Source of the DNA: a virus
Taxonomy: Duplodnaviria; Caudoviricetes
Virus record (IMG/VR): IMGVR_UViG_3300025679_000005
Strand: one strand, 5' to 3'
Length of the DNA stretch: 64,000 nucleotides
The notes under the pieces were generated by a model, which saw only the letters and a list, made by a program, of their open reading frames with translations, was not told the DNA's origin and did no database searches. Both the position numbers and the translations under genes were made by a program. Each line of letters starts with the position of its first letter. Position 1 is the first letter of the stretch. Shown one piece after another: positions 18,583 to 28,829 of the stretch.

Positions 18583-18909
18583 ATGCACCCCATTCACGTT
18601 GACGGCCTAACCCCCAAAGAGCTGGCCAAGGCCGTAGGGAATCTGCGCTACGATGCCCTGAGAGACTTCGTCGAGGCTCTGTCCGTCGAATTGCAAGAAC
18701 AATCTCACAACGACGTGCTCAAAGACAGGCGCAAGTTGGCAGGGGAACTTGATCAAGCTGGGCATCGGCTGGCCATGGCTTGCTTCAGCATCGACGATGC
18801 CTGGCTAATCTGCAAGCCGTTCATGAATGAATCGGAACCGCCTGCCATTTCCGATGACGAGGCCGAGGGCATGCTCAAGCGGCTGACTGCCCATGGGCAC
18901 CTGAAGTAA
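18583..18909 (+). CDS. Hypothetical protein
   Basis: Start MHPIHV 9 nt after GGTGTA at 18568. Confidence 0.55.
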   Translation: MHPIHVDGLTPKELAKAVGNLRYDALRDFVEALSVELQEQSHNDVLKDRRKLAGELDQAGHRLAMACFSIDDAWLICKPFMNESEPPAISDDEAEGMLKRLTAHGHLK

Positions 18910-18961
18910 GGGGGGTCCGCTATACCGGGTTTTGCAGTTTTACTTATGCAACACCCAGGGT

Positions 18962-19618
18962 ATGGAAACAGAGAAGTGCATACGGTGTGACAGGGTGCCA
19001 GAACCGGGGCTGGTCACTTGCCGGCCCTGCTTAGATAAAGCCAACCAGGCAGCTCTGGCAAAAGCCGCCAAGGCTATTCCAGGGAAGGTCTGTCGTTGTG
19101 GGAAGGCTATCGATCGCGAAGATCGTAAGACTTGCTCCTCTTGCCGTGGCCACGGAAGAAGAACTTACCGCAGGGCTCTAGCCACTACAGCCAATCTTGG
19201 GGTGTGCAGATCGTGCGATAACGAGACCATGCCTGACTACACCCAGTGCAGGGACTGCTGGTGGAAGAAGAAATCTCTAGCGCACTTCAAGACGGTCACT
19301 TTGGCCAAGGCCTTACAGCAATTGTGGGAGAGTCAGAACCGTAACTGTGCTCTCAGCGGCTTACCCATTGATGTGCCTTACATGGAATTAGACCACATCC
19401 TGCCCCTGGCTCGTAGCGGAGAAAACACAATGGATAACGTCCAATGGACCCTATCCATTGTCAATCGCATGAAGGGAAGTCTGACTCCTAAGGAATTCTT
19501 GGAACTATGCCAAACGGTGGCGTCCGCTAAGCCAAACCTTGTAAGTGATGCAGCCCTTCTAGAGGGGGCCTCTCAGCACCAGAACAGAGTTTGGAAGCGT
19601 AAGCAGAAGGGAACTTGA
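18962..19618 (+). CDS. HNH endonuclease with Cys-rich N-terminus (pair 1, gene A)
   Basis: CALSG...MELDHILPLARSGENTMDNVQWTLSIVNRMK. Confidence 0.85.
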   Translation: METEKCIRCDRVPEPGLVTCRPCLDKANQAALAKAAKAIPGKVCRCGKAIDREDRKTCSSCRGHGRRTYRRALATTANLGVCRSCDNETMPDYTQCRDCWWKKKSLAHFKTVTLAKALQQLWESQNRNCALSGLPIDVPYMELDHILPLARSGENTMDNVQWTLSIVNRMKGSLTPKEFLELCQTVASAKPNLVSDAALLEGASQHQNRVWKRKQKGT

Positions 19619-20262
19619 AGATGCCGACATACAATAGTAAAGCACGCTACGCTGCCTGCCGAACGGCGGGAGTATGTCTGTGTGGAGTTCCTGTTATGGC
19701 GCCTCACGTCAAATGTGACGAGTGTCGAGCTGACGACAGAAAAAGGGCCGAAGCCAGAGAAGCTAAACGAGACTCCAAAGTCTGTCGTTGTGGTAGGAAA
19801 ATAGAGCGAACAGACCGCCTTGTGTGTAACCTGTGCTTAGAAAGGGGCAGTGAAGCAGGGAGAACCAAATACAAGAAAGCCAAAGAGCTTTGGTTGACTG
19901 AACCCGAAAAGGCTCCTTGCCTGAGATGCCTGAAAGCAGACCCTATGCCAGGTAGATCAGAATGTGTGCCATGCTGGTGGACTCAAGTAGCCAACTCCAA
20001 CTTCAGGTCAGTGAAAGTGGTGTCAGCCTTACAGAAGATGTGGTCGGCTCAAGGCCATCGTTGCGCAATCACTGGCTTGTTCATTGAACCAGGAGCCATG
20101 GAACTAGACCACAAGGTACCCTTGAGCAGAGGTGGGGCCCGTACTGTCGACAACGTTCAATGGGTGCTCCCCATTGTCAACAGAATGAAATACAGCCTCC
20201 GAACAGAGGAATTTGTATCTCTCTGCGCGAGAATCGTCGAGCACAACGATCACCACGACTGA
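19615..20262 (+). CDS. HNH endonuclease with Cys-rich N-terminus (pair 1, gene B)
   Basis: CAITG...ELDHKVPLSRGG..TVDNVQWVLPIVNRMK. Confidence 0.85.
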   Translation: MKMPTYNSKARYAACRTAGVCLCGVPVMAPHVKCDECRADDRKRAEAREAKRDSKVCRCGRKIERTDRLVCNLCLERGSEAGRTKYKKAKELWLTEPEKAPCLRCLKADPMPGRSECVPCWWTQVANSNFRSVKVVSALQKMWSAQGHRCAITGLFIEPGAMELDHKVPLSRGGARTVDNVQWVLPIVNRMKYSLRTEEFVSLCARIVEHNDHHD

Positions 20263-20954
20263 TTGACAGCGTAGGACCCGTTCTTGGTGTCTAGGCTCAA
20301 GAAGCTGAACTCTCCCTCGGAGCAGGATCCGCTGTTGAGGTACAGCCGCTGACCGTGCTCATGCTTAGCCGCTACATGGGTATGGCCTGTCACCACCACG
20401 TCGACCTCACGCATGGACGCTTCGCCAATGGCCCAACGCTGGAAGGCACACCGGGCTCCGTCGAGGGATAGCCCAGAGCGGCCTTCGTCCAGCCTTGCAC
20501 AGAAATCGTAGAAGGCCTTGAGTCCTATCCGTCGAATCCAACCACCTAGCCAGACGCCTAGGTCTGTAAGCCAGGGTCTAGTTTGAATTAGGTCGTCGTT
20601 TTGATGGCCGTGAGTGAATAGGAAGCGGGTGCCGTCCACGGATAGGGTCAGCTCCTCGGGAACGCCCAAGGACCCCGCAACAACATCGTGGTTGCCGTGA
20701 ACGTAGTGATAGCGAGGCAGCAAAAACCTCTTGGCTATCTCCGGATGAGCTATCTTGGCCAACTCCAATTCGAACTTTGGATTGCCGGGAATGCGGGGTT
20801 GAAGGGTTTCCCAGATGTCCCCTAAGAGCACGACCCTCTCAAAGTTAGCCTCCAAAAAGCTCAGGAACCGAAGGAATTCGGTATCACTGTGCCCGAAGCT
20901 ATCTGCCCGATCCCCAGCTCCCAGATGCAAATCCGAAATCACGGCAATGTGCAT
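20250..20954 (-). CDS. Metallophosphoesterase (LpxH/UDP-2,3-diacylglucosamine hydrolase-like)
   Basis: ISDLHLG, LLGDIWE, GNHD, HGH, GHTH, NSGS. Confidence 0.82.
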   Translation of the reverse strand: MHIAVISDLHLGAGDRADSFGHSDTEFLRFLSFLEANFERVVLLGDIWETLQPRIPGNPKFELELAKIAHPEIAKRFLLPRYHYVHGNHDVVAGSLGVPEELTLSVDGTRFLFTHGHQNDDLIQTRPWLTDLGVWLGGWIRRIGLKAFYDFCARLDEGRSGLSLDGARCAFQRWAIGEASMREVDVVVTGHTHVAAKHEHGQRLYLNSGSCSEGEFSFLSLDTKNGSYAVNQSW

Positions 20955-21037
20955 GATCGCTCCTTGGCCTACTATAGCTTACGCATGAGAGGTAACGCCT
21001 AGGTGCCGGTTCTGAAACCTCGGTGTAATAACCGCCT

Positions 21038-21619
21038 ATGCCTGACCTAGAACCACCCATTGCCCTCATCGACATGGATGGGACCGTTGCGAACATGTCC
21101 TCAGCCTTGGTCACTGCCTTGAACTCGATGCGAAGTCCCGGAGAGCCGCTTCTCACAGAGGCCACTATTGAAGATCCTCCTGAGTGGCTCGATACGAGGA
21201 TGGACTACATCAAGCAGCGACCCGGCTTCTGGCAGGACCTCCCGGAGATCCCCGAGGGGATGCGAGTCGTCCAGATGATGCGTGACGCTGGCTTTACCTT
21301 GAACATCCTCAGTAAGGGCCCCAGGAAAGCCACCAATGCCTGGACGGAAAAACTTTTATGGATCCAGAGCCACATCCCTGACGCGGATGTCTCGATAGTC
21401 CATGTCAAAGGCCGTCATTACGGTCGGGTCTTGTTCGATGACTGGCCCAAGTACATCGAACCTTGGCTGAAGTATCGCCCTAGGGGTCAAGTGCTGATGC
21501 TCGACCAACCCTGGAACCAGGGCTACAGTCATCCTCAGGTCATGAGGATTCCCAAGGGCGAGAGGTTCGAATCTTCCTTGGTTGCCCTGGCTTTGAAGGA
21601 GGCCGCTGATAGACCCTGA
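21038..21619 (+). CDS. 5'(3')-deoxyribonucleotidase, HAD family
   Basis: IDMDGTVA, WTEKLLWI, LFDDWP, PWN. Confidence 0.85.
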   Translation: MPDLEPPIALIDMDGTVANMSSALVTALNSMRSPGEPLLTEATIEDPPEWLDTRMDYIKQRPGFWQDLPEIPEGMRVVQMMRDAGFTLNILSKGPRKATNAWTEKLLWIQSHIPDADVSIVHVKGRHYGRVLFDDWPKYIEPWLKYRPRGQVLMLDQPWNQGYSHPQVMRIPKGERFESSLVALALKEAADRP

Positions 21620-21729
21620 TAATTCCGCCCACAACGGAAGTTGCCTGAGCCCCGCAGCCTCTCTTGGGGTCTGAATCGGCAGAAACCATTTATCTCGATT
21701 TCCTTAGAGAGACCACCGAGGAAACCTAG

Positions 21730-22983
21730 ATGCCCTATTTTACCGCGCCACTCATTGCACCCAACGGTAGCCAGGTTAACGGTTACATCTCACCGCGCGT
21801 GTACGGCGCCAAGGGTGACGAGAACACTGACGACACTGTCGCGATTCAAAACGCTATCAACGCAGCCAAAGCTTTCAACGGCGGCATAAATGGCGGTACT
21901 GTGGTGCTGGATGGCGCTTTCCGCATAACGAACACGCTGTCCGTGGACGCAAGCGTCTCGTTCTCAGGGGTTGGCGCTGGGGTTGGCGGTGGCGGAGACG
22001 GTTCCGCTATCTTCATGGACCATCCCACACGTGGGATATTCTCGTGGACTACGACACAGGGTAGCTACAAGACCAAGTCGCGGATATCGAACCTGCTATT
22101 GGCCGGAATTCAACCAAACTCGGGCAACGTGCTCGACTTCACTGGCGGCCTTCTGATGAACTTGCTGCTCGACAACGTGACGTTGAACCAGAATGTCTCT
22201 GGGAATCTGAATGGTCGTCTCTTTGGCTTCAACAGCACTGCTGGCAGGCTGGCGCTACGTAACTGCAGGTTGCATGCAACTGGCGCGGCTGCCCACCTGA
22301 TCACTGAAGACAGCACTGGCGCGGACCTGAGCTTGGACCATTGCGAGGTCATCACAGCTACCAACAGAACCGCCACCGTGTTCAACCTGTCGTCAGGGCA
22401 GTTCGCTATCACGGACACTGAGTTCTTGTCGGGTCTGAATCCAGGAGCGTCTTGGATTGACCTGGGGGCTTCTGCAACAGGGAAGTCGTGCCGAAACACG
22501 TTCTACAACCTAGACACTACGGCCATTGTCGCACACACCTACGCCAACGGCGCCGGGTTGATCGCCAAAGACAACTTCTACGACCAAGACACGTACCCAA
22601 CCCTGCTTAGTACCGGAGGTCATGTACTTAGCAATGGGTCCAAGATCGAACTGCTGCCTTACGGTAGCTTCCCGAACAGCTCTTCTTCTACCTCTTTGAA
22701 ATCAATATATGACGTATTGACGTTTGTTGAGTCCTCGACAACCGCTCCAAGCTACATCCTGCCTTCCATACAATTCCAAGGCCAACGGTTCACTTTCAAC
22801 CTCACTAACATCAGCTTGACGACATGGGCGCCGACCTTCGTTGGCGTTGGCGCGGGCGCGTACTTGGCGACAATTGTCTCACTTGCTGGCGGTGGTGACC
22901 ACGGCATTTACCACTTTGAGGCCAATGATGTATACACGCCGGGCGTGACCGAATGGGCCCTGGTGGCTGTCGCTCACACCTAA
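21730..22983 (+). CDS. Right-handed beta-helix protein (pectate lyase 3-like; candidate tail spike or depolymerase)
   Basis: YGAKGDENTDDTVAIQNAINAA start motif; G/S/T/N-rich body. Confidence 0.65.
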   Translation: MPYFTAPLIAPNGSQVNGYISPRVYGAKGDENTDDTVAIQNAINAAKAFNGGINGGTVVLDGAFRITNTLSVDASVSFSGVGAGVGGGGDGSAIFMDHPTRGIFSWTTTQGSYKTKSRISNLLLAGIQPNSGNVLDFTGGLLMNLLLDNVTLNQNVSGNLNGRLFGFNSTAGRLALRNCRLHATGAAAHLITEDSTGADLSLDHCEVITATNRTATVFNLSSGQFAITDTEFLSGLNPGASWIDLGASATGKSCRNTFYNLDTTAIVAHTYANGAGLIAKDNFYDQDTYPTLLSTGGHVLSNGSKIELLPYGSFPNSSSSTSLKSIYDVLTFVESSTTAPSYILPSIQFQGQRFTFNLTNISLTTWAPTFVGVGAGAYLATIVSLAGGGDHGIYHFEANDVYTPGVTEWALVAVAHT

Positions 22984-23012
22984 ACCAGCCGGTTGGTGTA
23001 TAGTCTGGATAG

Positions 23013-23435
23013 GTGGCCGAGCTTTCACCCTATCAAATTCAGGACCTTCGGGACACACGAGACGACGTGGACCAGAGCGGCACGCTCATCTGTCCTGACT
23101 GTTTCGGGTCGGTTCGGCTCTCCGAGAGCAAATTCGGCAGGTTCTACCGTTGTAGGAGGGGCTACCGGGTCTGTCCGGGAGCGATTTCGGCTTTTGATGA
23201 TGGCTCCCCAAAGGGAGTGCCCGCGAACAAAGCCACCAGGACTCACCGTCGGATGGTCTTCTTTCTGATGGAACAACGGTCAGTTAACCTAGACTACATA
23301 GAGGCCATCGTCGGCCATGAGCTGGCTATGGGCATCGGCTCCTTGACCAAAGAAGAGTGTGAGCTAATCCTCAGGCGGCATGAAGAGTACGTCCCGAAGA
23401 CTTTTGGAGAACGCCTCGACGACCCTCTGGTGTAA
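23013..23435 (+). CDS. Zinc-ribbon protein (DUF3268-like) with TFGERL tail
   Basis: CPDC...FYRC...CPG...PKGVPAN; ends PKTFGERLDDPLV. Confidence 0.6.
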   Translation: MAELSPYQIQDLRDTRDDVDQSGTLICPDCFGSVRLSESKFGRFYRCRRGYRVCPGAISAFDDGSPKGVPANKATRTHRRMVFFLMEQRSVNLDYIEAIVGHELAMGIGSLTKEECELILRRHEEYVPKTFGERLDDPLV

Positions 23436-23444
23436 GCAACCAAA

Positions 23445-23630
23445 ATGCTTCAGAAGATTGTTTCCAGGAAGACCCGTAGCATTGAAAGCATTAGCCTGTC
23501 GGCCAAGCATTTCAACTACAATCAGAAGTTCAGAGTCCTCTGTACTCTAGCGTGCGGTCATACGAAGGACTTCTCTGAGATGGCGGTTCCTAAACACAAG
23601 ACAACTTGCAAACAATGCTCAAAGACTTGA
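23445..23630 (+). CDS. Small zinc-binding hypothetical protein
   Basis: LACGH and CKQC; GGTGTA 10 nt upstream. Confidence 0.55.
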   Translation: MLQKIVSRKTRSIESISLSAKHFNYNQKFRVLCTLACGHTKDFSEMAVPKHKTTCKQCSKT

Positions 23631-23938
23631 AGACCATTTTCCTAGTCACAGCCGTTTGCTCTAATCGTGAGGGAGGCAACCGATGTTGGGGGTGGTACCC
23701 GTCCAAAGACGACGCCTGGACGGACCTAGAGGCCAACACAGACATGTTCTGTGAGAGCGGCACCTTCGACTATCTGGTCATTGAGGAGTGCGGCCCCGGG
23801 ATCATGGCCTTGGTCGATGCACCATCGGAACCCATCTGGGTCAGAGCTTTCTTCGAAGCGGATACCCACAAGTACAGCCTGCTCGCTGTGAAACGGCCAG
23901 AGTTTGCTGAAGGCGTCGTCTGCTGGGGAATGGGCTAG
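23606..23938 (+). CDS. Hypothetical protein; probable 5' half of a gene split by tnpB element 1
   Basis: Stop TAG is the first 3 nt of the inferred element; joins in frame to 25198. Confidence 0.55.
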   Translation: MQTMLKDLKTIFLVTAVCSNREGGNRCWGWYPSKDDAWTDLEANTDMFCESGTFDYLVIEECGPGIMALVDAPSEPIWVRAFFEADTHKYSLLAVKRPEFAEGVVCWGMG

Positions 23939-25197
23939 CGCATAGCTTTTGCTCAAAAAGCCATTTTGTGCTAAACTTAGCTCGATGATCCGCTCTTACC
24001 GATACCCACTGCACCCCACGAAGAATCAGGAGGCGACTTTGACCTCCTGGCTCCTAGCATGCGGTAGTCTGTACAACGGAGCATTAGAAGAGAAGAAATC
24101 CTCGTGGGCAAAGCTCAAAAAAGGCGTTTCCTGTTACGAGCAGTATAGGTCTCTGACCATCATTCGTTCTCAGGACCCTGAATTCGGAGCGATACCCGCA
24201 ACTATCCTTCGATCTGCTCTCAAACGACTTGAACGATCCTTCGACGGATTCTTCCGTCGCGTGAAATCTGGAGAGGCCCCTGGTTATCCACGGTTTCGTA
24301 GTCAAAAGCGATATGACTCATTCTCATTGATGGGCTGTTTCTATTCTGGAGTCATTGTCGATAAAGCCAGAGGCTCCTCAGCTCAGGTCAAAATCCCCAA
24401 GCTTGGCCTCGTGAAGTTCAACCAGTACCGACCTCACAAGGGTGAGGTCAAAGACATCCTAGTCAAGCGAGAGGCTGATCGATGGTTCGTGATCTTCCAG
24501 TGCGACCTCGGAGCGGCACCCAAGGTCGCGGCCGACCTCACGAAGTCTGTCGGCATTGATCTAGGGCTTACCCACTTCGCAACCCTCGATTCCGGTGAGA
24601 CGATCGAGAACCCTAGGTTCTTCAAGGCCGGACAAGACCTATTGGCTAGGCGGCAGCGTGCTCTAGGGCGTAAGCGCCGGGGCAGTGCCTCTATGAGACG
24701 TGCTAAGATCCTAGTCCAGCGGGCTCACGCTCACATCAAGAACCAGCGCCTAGACCACGCTAGGAAGCTCGCCAAGAGTCTTTTCGATCGCTTCGACGTG
24801 GTCTGCTATGAGGATCTTTCGATCCAGGACATGATCTCCGGACCTCCCAGAGACGGAAAGCCTAAGCTCAATCTAGCCAAATCAATCTCAGACGCTTCCT
24901 GGTCAATTACAATCCACTGCCTAAAATGCAAAGCGGAAGAAGCTGGCAAGATCGCAGTGGGGGTTGATCCAAGAGGAACCACACAGAGGTGTAGTGGGTG
25001 CGGGGAGATCGTCCGTAAGGACCTTTCTATGCGCATTCATGATTGCCCCGCATGTGGTCTCATCATGGATCGTGACCAGAATGCAGGATGTAACATCAAA
25101 GCGCTCGGTTTGAGCGCGGTCTTGGGGATGAAGTCCCAGCCGAAGTTCATAGTCAGGGCAGCTTAAAATGAGCCGTCAAGACTTTTTGGGTAAAACC
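23936..25197 (+). mobile_element. Non-autonomous tnpB-only IS element, copy 1
   Basis: Left and right ends shared with copy 2; preceded by ATGGGC; right end ATGAGCCGTCAAGACTTTTTGGGTAAAACC. Confidence 0.75.
23985..25166 (+). CDS. tnpB: RNA-guided endonuclease TnpB
   Basis: RSYRYPLHPT N-terminus; RuvC GIDLG, YEDL, DRDQNA; zinc finger CSGCG and CPACG. Confidence 0.93.
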   Translation: MIRSYRYPLHPTKNQEATLTSWLLACGSLYNGALEEKKSSWAKLKKGVSCYEQYRSLTIIRSQDPEFGAIPATILRSALKRLERSFDGFFRRVKSGEAPGYPRFRSQKRYDSFSLMGCFYSGVIVDKARGSSAQVKIPKLGLVKFNQYRPHKGEVKDILVKREADRWFVIFQCDLGAAPKVAADLTKSVGIDLGLTHFATLDSGETIENPRFFKAGQDLLARRQRALGRKRRGSASMRRAKILVQRAHAHIKNQRLDHARKLAKSLFDRFDVVCYEDLSIQDMISGPPRDGKPKLNLAKSISDASWSITIHCLKCKAEEAGKIAVGVDPRGTTQRCSGCGEIVRKDLSMRIHDCPACGLIMDRDQNAGCNIKALGLSAVLGMKSQPKFIVRAA

Positions 25198-25680
25198 CGG
25201 CAACGTCCTCTTGATGCCAAGATGATCCCCGAAAAACAGCACGAATGGGCCTATTGCGAACACTGCCAAGTCTGGATGGTTCGCTGTGGGGCCTGTCGTA
25301 ACAACACCTGCAATGGCGGGTACGGGACAACTGCCTCGGGATCGCCCTGTCCCAGTTGCCCATCAGCCTATGAGCTGATGAAGATCTTCTACGAGACGAA
25401 GCACACCCTGGACTTCAAGGAACTGGATGGCTTATCCAAGGAGGAGTACAGGGCGAAGCTTCGATCCATCACTCCGATCCCGACGCCGATTAAGCTCGCT
25501 GAGTTGGATGCCAAGATCGAAGCCTACGAGGCGGGTCACGGCCTGAATTCGGACACGATGCTGTCCAGGCTGACCAATGGGGATATCGAAGAGACCCCAG
25601 AAATCTGCGACTGGCTGATGGATCTCGACCTGCGAAAACGCCTGCTCGGTGTAACTACGGGGCATGCCCAATGCCCCTGA
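25168..25680 (+). CDS. Cys-rich hypothetical protein; probable 3' half of the split gene, with an ATG supplied by the element end
   Basis: CEHC, CGAC, CPSC; first 10 codons lie inside the conserved element right end. Confidence 0.6.
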   Translation: MSRQDFLGKTRQRPLDAKMIPEKQHEWAYCEHCQVWMVRCGACRNNTCNGGYGTTASGSPCPSCPSAYELMKIFYETKHTLDFKELDGLSKEEYRAKLRSITPIPTPIKLAELDAKIEAYEAGHGLNSDTMLSRLTNGDIEETPEICDWLMDLDLRKRLLGVTTGHAQCP

Positions 25681-27001
25681 GCCCAACGTTTCGATCTACG
25701 CCAAGCTAGCTTTCCACGCCCTATTCGACGGTTTCGAGAAGCTCAATCTAGGCTCGGTCGGTACCTTCATGTTCTTTGGAGTGAGCGAGGTCCTGAATGA
25801 GTCTGTTATCAATGGGCGAGACATCCTCCGCTTCAAACGCCTCTCCAAAGATGTGATCTTAGAGGCGAACGAGGAGTTTCTCTTCACCCAAGGCGTCTCA
25901 CCCATACTCAGCAGCCTGACCAGCATCTTGGAGGCTGAGGACCCTCCGGCCCCGAAGTCTAAGGCCCCTAGCTGCCGCAGTGAGTGGTATCAGAATGTTC
26001 TGGGGAGTTTCTTCGATGTTTACGACCAGCGGTACTCCCAACGTGAGCCGGTAGCGAAATTCCTCGCCAATTGGCTCAAAGCATACTTGGCCTGTGTGAG
26101 TGATGAACCCGAGCGCAGTGTCTTCGTGTCTCGTTTCAAGGAAGCCTTTGACCCCATCAACAAGAGGTATCGAAGCCCTGTCCCTTTCAAGGCAGCCAAG
26201 ACGGCCCCGGCTCAACTGGCCTTGGCTCTACCGGAGCCGGTAGCGCTTCCAGTGCCGGACCCTCATCGGGAGCACTGGGAGCTGCTCGCTCAGCCAGTGT
26301 ACGAGGTAGAGGAGACGATCATTCAAGAGCAGCCTCCCGTAGTCGAATCCGACCTCTCCGTGGAGTCGATGGAAGCTGCGGTCCAGGATGTGATGGCAGG
26401 GTTCAGCAAAACTCCTGAGCCCCTTCCGCCTCCGCGTGTACATAGGGAGCGGACCGTAGAGGAGTTCCTGGAGCTTAGGATCCAAGATACACTGGTGATA
26501 GACCCCATCGTGCACATTGGCGAGGAGCGCAATTGGCGGGAATTTGCACCCACTTTTTGCAGATACCCCAGCGTAGGCCTCTATGAGGGTAGGTTCCTCA
26601 TGGCGGCCATCCACTACTACGATCCAAAGCGAGGCATGCGGGCGATCCAAACAAACGGCTTCATTCGCATCAACGGGGGAGGGCCCATCAACCAGTCCGG
26701 CATGGGGAAGTTGATGCATATCGAGGCGAGGATGGACCCGTTTCCCTCTTGCTTCATCAACTACGTCTCTTTTCAAGAGGGCGTCAGTGGAAAAACCTGG
26801 TGTCATGTCGATGGCGAGGGTGACAAGCCTGGGTCCCACCAGTGGTTCATTGTCCTGAAGCGTGGTGAGACCCCGCCCGGGATTGTCTTCGAAATCCTTG
26901 ACTCCAACAAGCATTTTGAGCTGAGGCGTGTGCCTGAGGCTACGTTTAACGTCTTCAACAACAGGCTGATTGCTGCTCAGGCGAATAGGTTCCGGCCCTG
27001 A
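25664..27001 (+). CDS. Hypothetical protein
   Basis: 445-aa ORF with a Pro/Glu-rich linker. Confidence 0.7.
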   Translation: MPNAPEPNVSIYAKLAFHALFDGFEKLNLGSVGTFMFFGVSEVLNESVINGRDILRFKRLSKDVILEANEEFLFTQGVSPILSSLTSILEAEDPPAPKSKAPSCRSEWYQNVLGSFFDVYDQRYSQREPVAKFLANWLKAYLACVSDEPERSVFVSRFKEAFDPINKRYRSPVPFKAAKTAPAQLALALPEPVALPVPDPHREHWELLAQPVYEVEETIIQEQPPVVESDLSVESMEAAVQDVMAGFSKTPEPLPPPRVHRERTVEEFLELRIQDTLVIDPIVHIGEERNWREFAPTFCRYPSVGLYEGRFLMAAIHYYDPKRGMRAIQTNGFIRINGGGPINQSGMGKLMHIEARMDPFPSCFINYVSFQEGVSGKTWCHVDGEGDKPGSHQWFIVLKRGETPPGIVFEILDSNKHFELRRVPEATFNVFNNRLIAAQANRFRP

Positions 27002-27059
27002 GACCTAATTTCACCTAGGGGTTAAGTACGCCCCTAGGTGGCCGTTAGGGATAGTAACC

Positions 27060-28829
27060 ATGACGGATGAATCCCCCACTGAGCTTGAAAAAGAGCTGGC
27101 TACTCCCTACCCTACGGTAGAGTCCAGCTCCTTTTACCATAAGCTAGGGGAGCTACACACCCAGGCCAGCTCACGTGAGGAGGCACAGGTAGCTCTAGCT
27201 ATCTCAGCTTTGAAGCGCCTCAGCACCCCCTCCAATGAGGGCTGGGCTCGCAGTCTTCTGCTGGATCCAGGCAGCTATTCTAAGCCAAACGCCTACATCA
27301 AAAAGGAGCGTCTGGCAAAGGAATGGTTCCGTAGCTTCCTGGAAATGCTGGTCGATGCCGGCGCAATCGACACGCAAGTCCAGGACTCTGGCGTGCTCTA
27401 TCGAGCCACAACGACAGAGCAGAAGAATTTACTTCAAACGATCTCAAACAACGCGGTGTATCAAAATGGTTCGCAAGTGTTACGGCCAGAAACCTACAAA
27501 ATGACCCAACAAAATCCTTTCGAAATCGACGCCTTCGTGGCCTCCTCAGAGGATGTCCCGCAAGAAGCACGCACTTTGGAGGCCTTCGTCCGCATCCGTT
27601 ATGCATCAGCAGACGATAGGGCCAAGGCGCGTTTCATCATCGCGTTCACGGCCCTAGATCGCCTCCTGCAAAAAACTAGGGCGTATGACCGGAGGAACCT
27701 ACTGGCTACTCCCACCATTTTGGCCAAAGTCCACAGGCAGATCCAGAAGGAGGTTGCTTCCAAAGAGTGGTCCCGGGCCCTTTTGGACCGTTGGGTGGCG
27801 AGCGGGATGGTTTCCAGGCAAGGCTCTGGTGCCAGCACTTACTTCCGAACGACCACGGATGAGCAACGGAACACGATCAAGGACCTCATCATCAACTGTC
27901 TGTATGCCGATGGGGTAGAGCTGAAGAAGCTCATCTGGCCGGAGAACTACGCCTCGATCGATGCGTCGGAAGAGGAAGAAGAGACGGAAGAGATTCAACA
28001 AGAAGAAGAGGATGCTGCTCAAATGACTCAGGACGCAATGGAACAGTTCTTACAGGAGCGCCTGGCAGGAGCTACGGATCGAGATGAGGCACGTTATGTG
28101 CTTGCTTTCAACGCACTTCGAATTTTGGCTCTAGGAAAGGACAGCCCTGATAGGAAGACTCTCATGACCGTTCCTGCGGCCAAGAGTAAGATCGCGAAGG
28201 CCGTTCAGAAGGAAAACATGGGGAGTTGGTTCTCGACATTCCTCAATAGTTGCGTCAATCTTGGCCTATTCAGTCAAACGAAATCGGGCGTAGTCATCAT
28301 CTACCAGGTGTCCGAGAGCCAAAAAGCTGACCTTTTCGAAATCATCGAGGATGCGGTGCTATCTGAAGGCGTCAAGCTCAAGCGCATTCTGTGGCCCCAA
28401 GAATTCCCGACGGGTCAAGAATTGGCCAGTCTCGGCGAATCCGATGAATCAGAGCAGGCTGATGGCCAGGGCCTGGATTTGATTCAGGAGCTGACGACAC
28501 AGCTCAAGAGCGTGGCCGAACATCTGCAAACGATGACGGACAATCTCCAGTCGTTGAACACCAAATTCGACGATAAGATGAAGCTTCTAGACACCCGCCT
28601 CGAAGACATGGGGCTGCTCAAAGAAGCGGTGGCGGGGTCGTTCGGGCAATTGATGGAAGCCATCAAGAATGACGATCGGGCGAATCTACTCCAGCTCTCC
28701 GACAAGTTCACCGAGATGCAATCCCGGCGCAAGAGCCTGAGCAACCAGCTCGAACAGGAGTCTCTCAAGACCGAGAAGCTTGCTGATCAGCTGGCGGTGT
28801 ATGTGAAGAAGCTAGGACCAACGTCATGA
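27060..28829 (+). CDS. Protein with three tandem repeated domains and a C-terminal coiled coil
   Basis: EAQVALAISALKRL, KARFIIAFTALDRL, EARYVLAFNALRIL; each domain ends near LY.DG..L. Confidence 0.7.
   Translation: MTDESPTELEKELATPYPTVESSSFYHKLGELHTQASSREEAQVALAISALKRLSTPSNEGWARSLLLDPGSYSKPNAYIKKERLAKEWFRSFLEMLVDAGAIDTQVQDSGVLYRATTTEQKNLLQTISNNAVYQNGSQVLRPETYKMTQQNPFEIDAFVASSEDVPQEARTLEAFVRIRYASADDRAKARFIIAFTALDRLLQKTRAYDRRNLLATPTILAKVHRQIQKEVASKEWSRALLDRWVASGMVSRQGSGASTYFRTTTDEQRNTIKDLIINCLYADGVELKKLIWPENYASIDASEEEEETEEIQQEEEDAAQMTQDAMEQFLQERLAGATDRDEARYVLAFNALRILALGKDSPDRKTLMTVPAAKSKIAKAVQKENMGSWFSTFLNSCVNLGLFSQTKSGVVIIYQVSESQKADLFEIIEDAVLSEGVKLKRILWPQEFPTGQELASLGESDESEQADGQGLDLIQELTTQLKSVAEHLQTMTDNLQSLNTKFDDKMKLLDTRLEDMGLLKEAVAGSFGQLMEAIKNDDRANLLQLSDKFTEMQSRRKSLSNQLEQESLKTEKLADQLAVYVKKLGPTS

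Noticed and set aside
23936-25197. tnpB elements as IStrons (self-splicing group I intron hybrids), since excision restores ORFs
   Set aside because: Only about 50 nt separate the left junction from the tnpB start, too little for a group I intron core.
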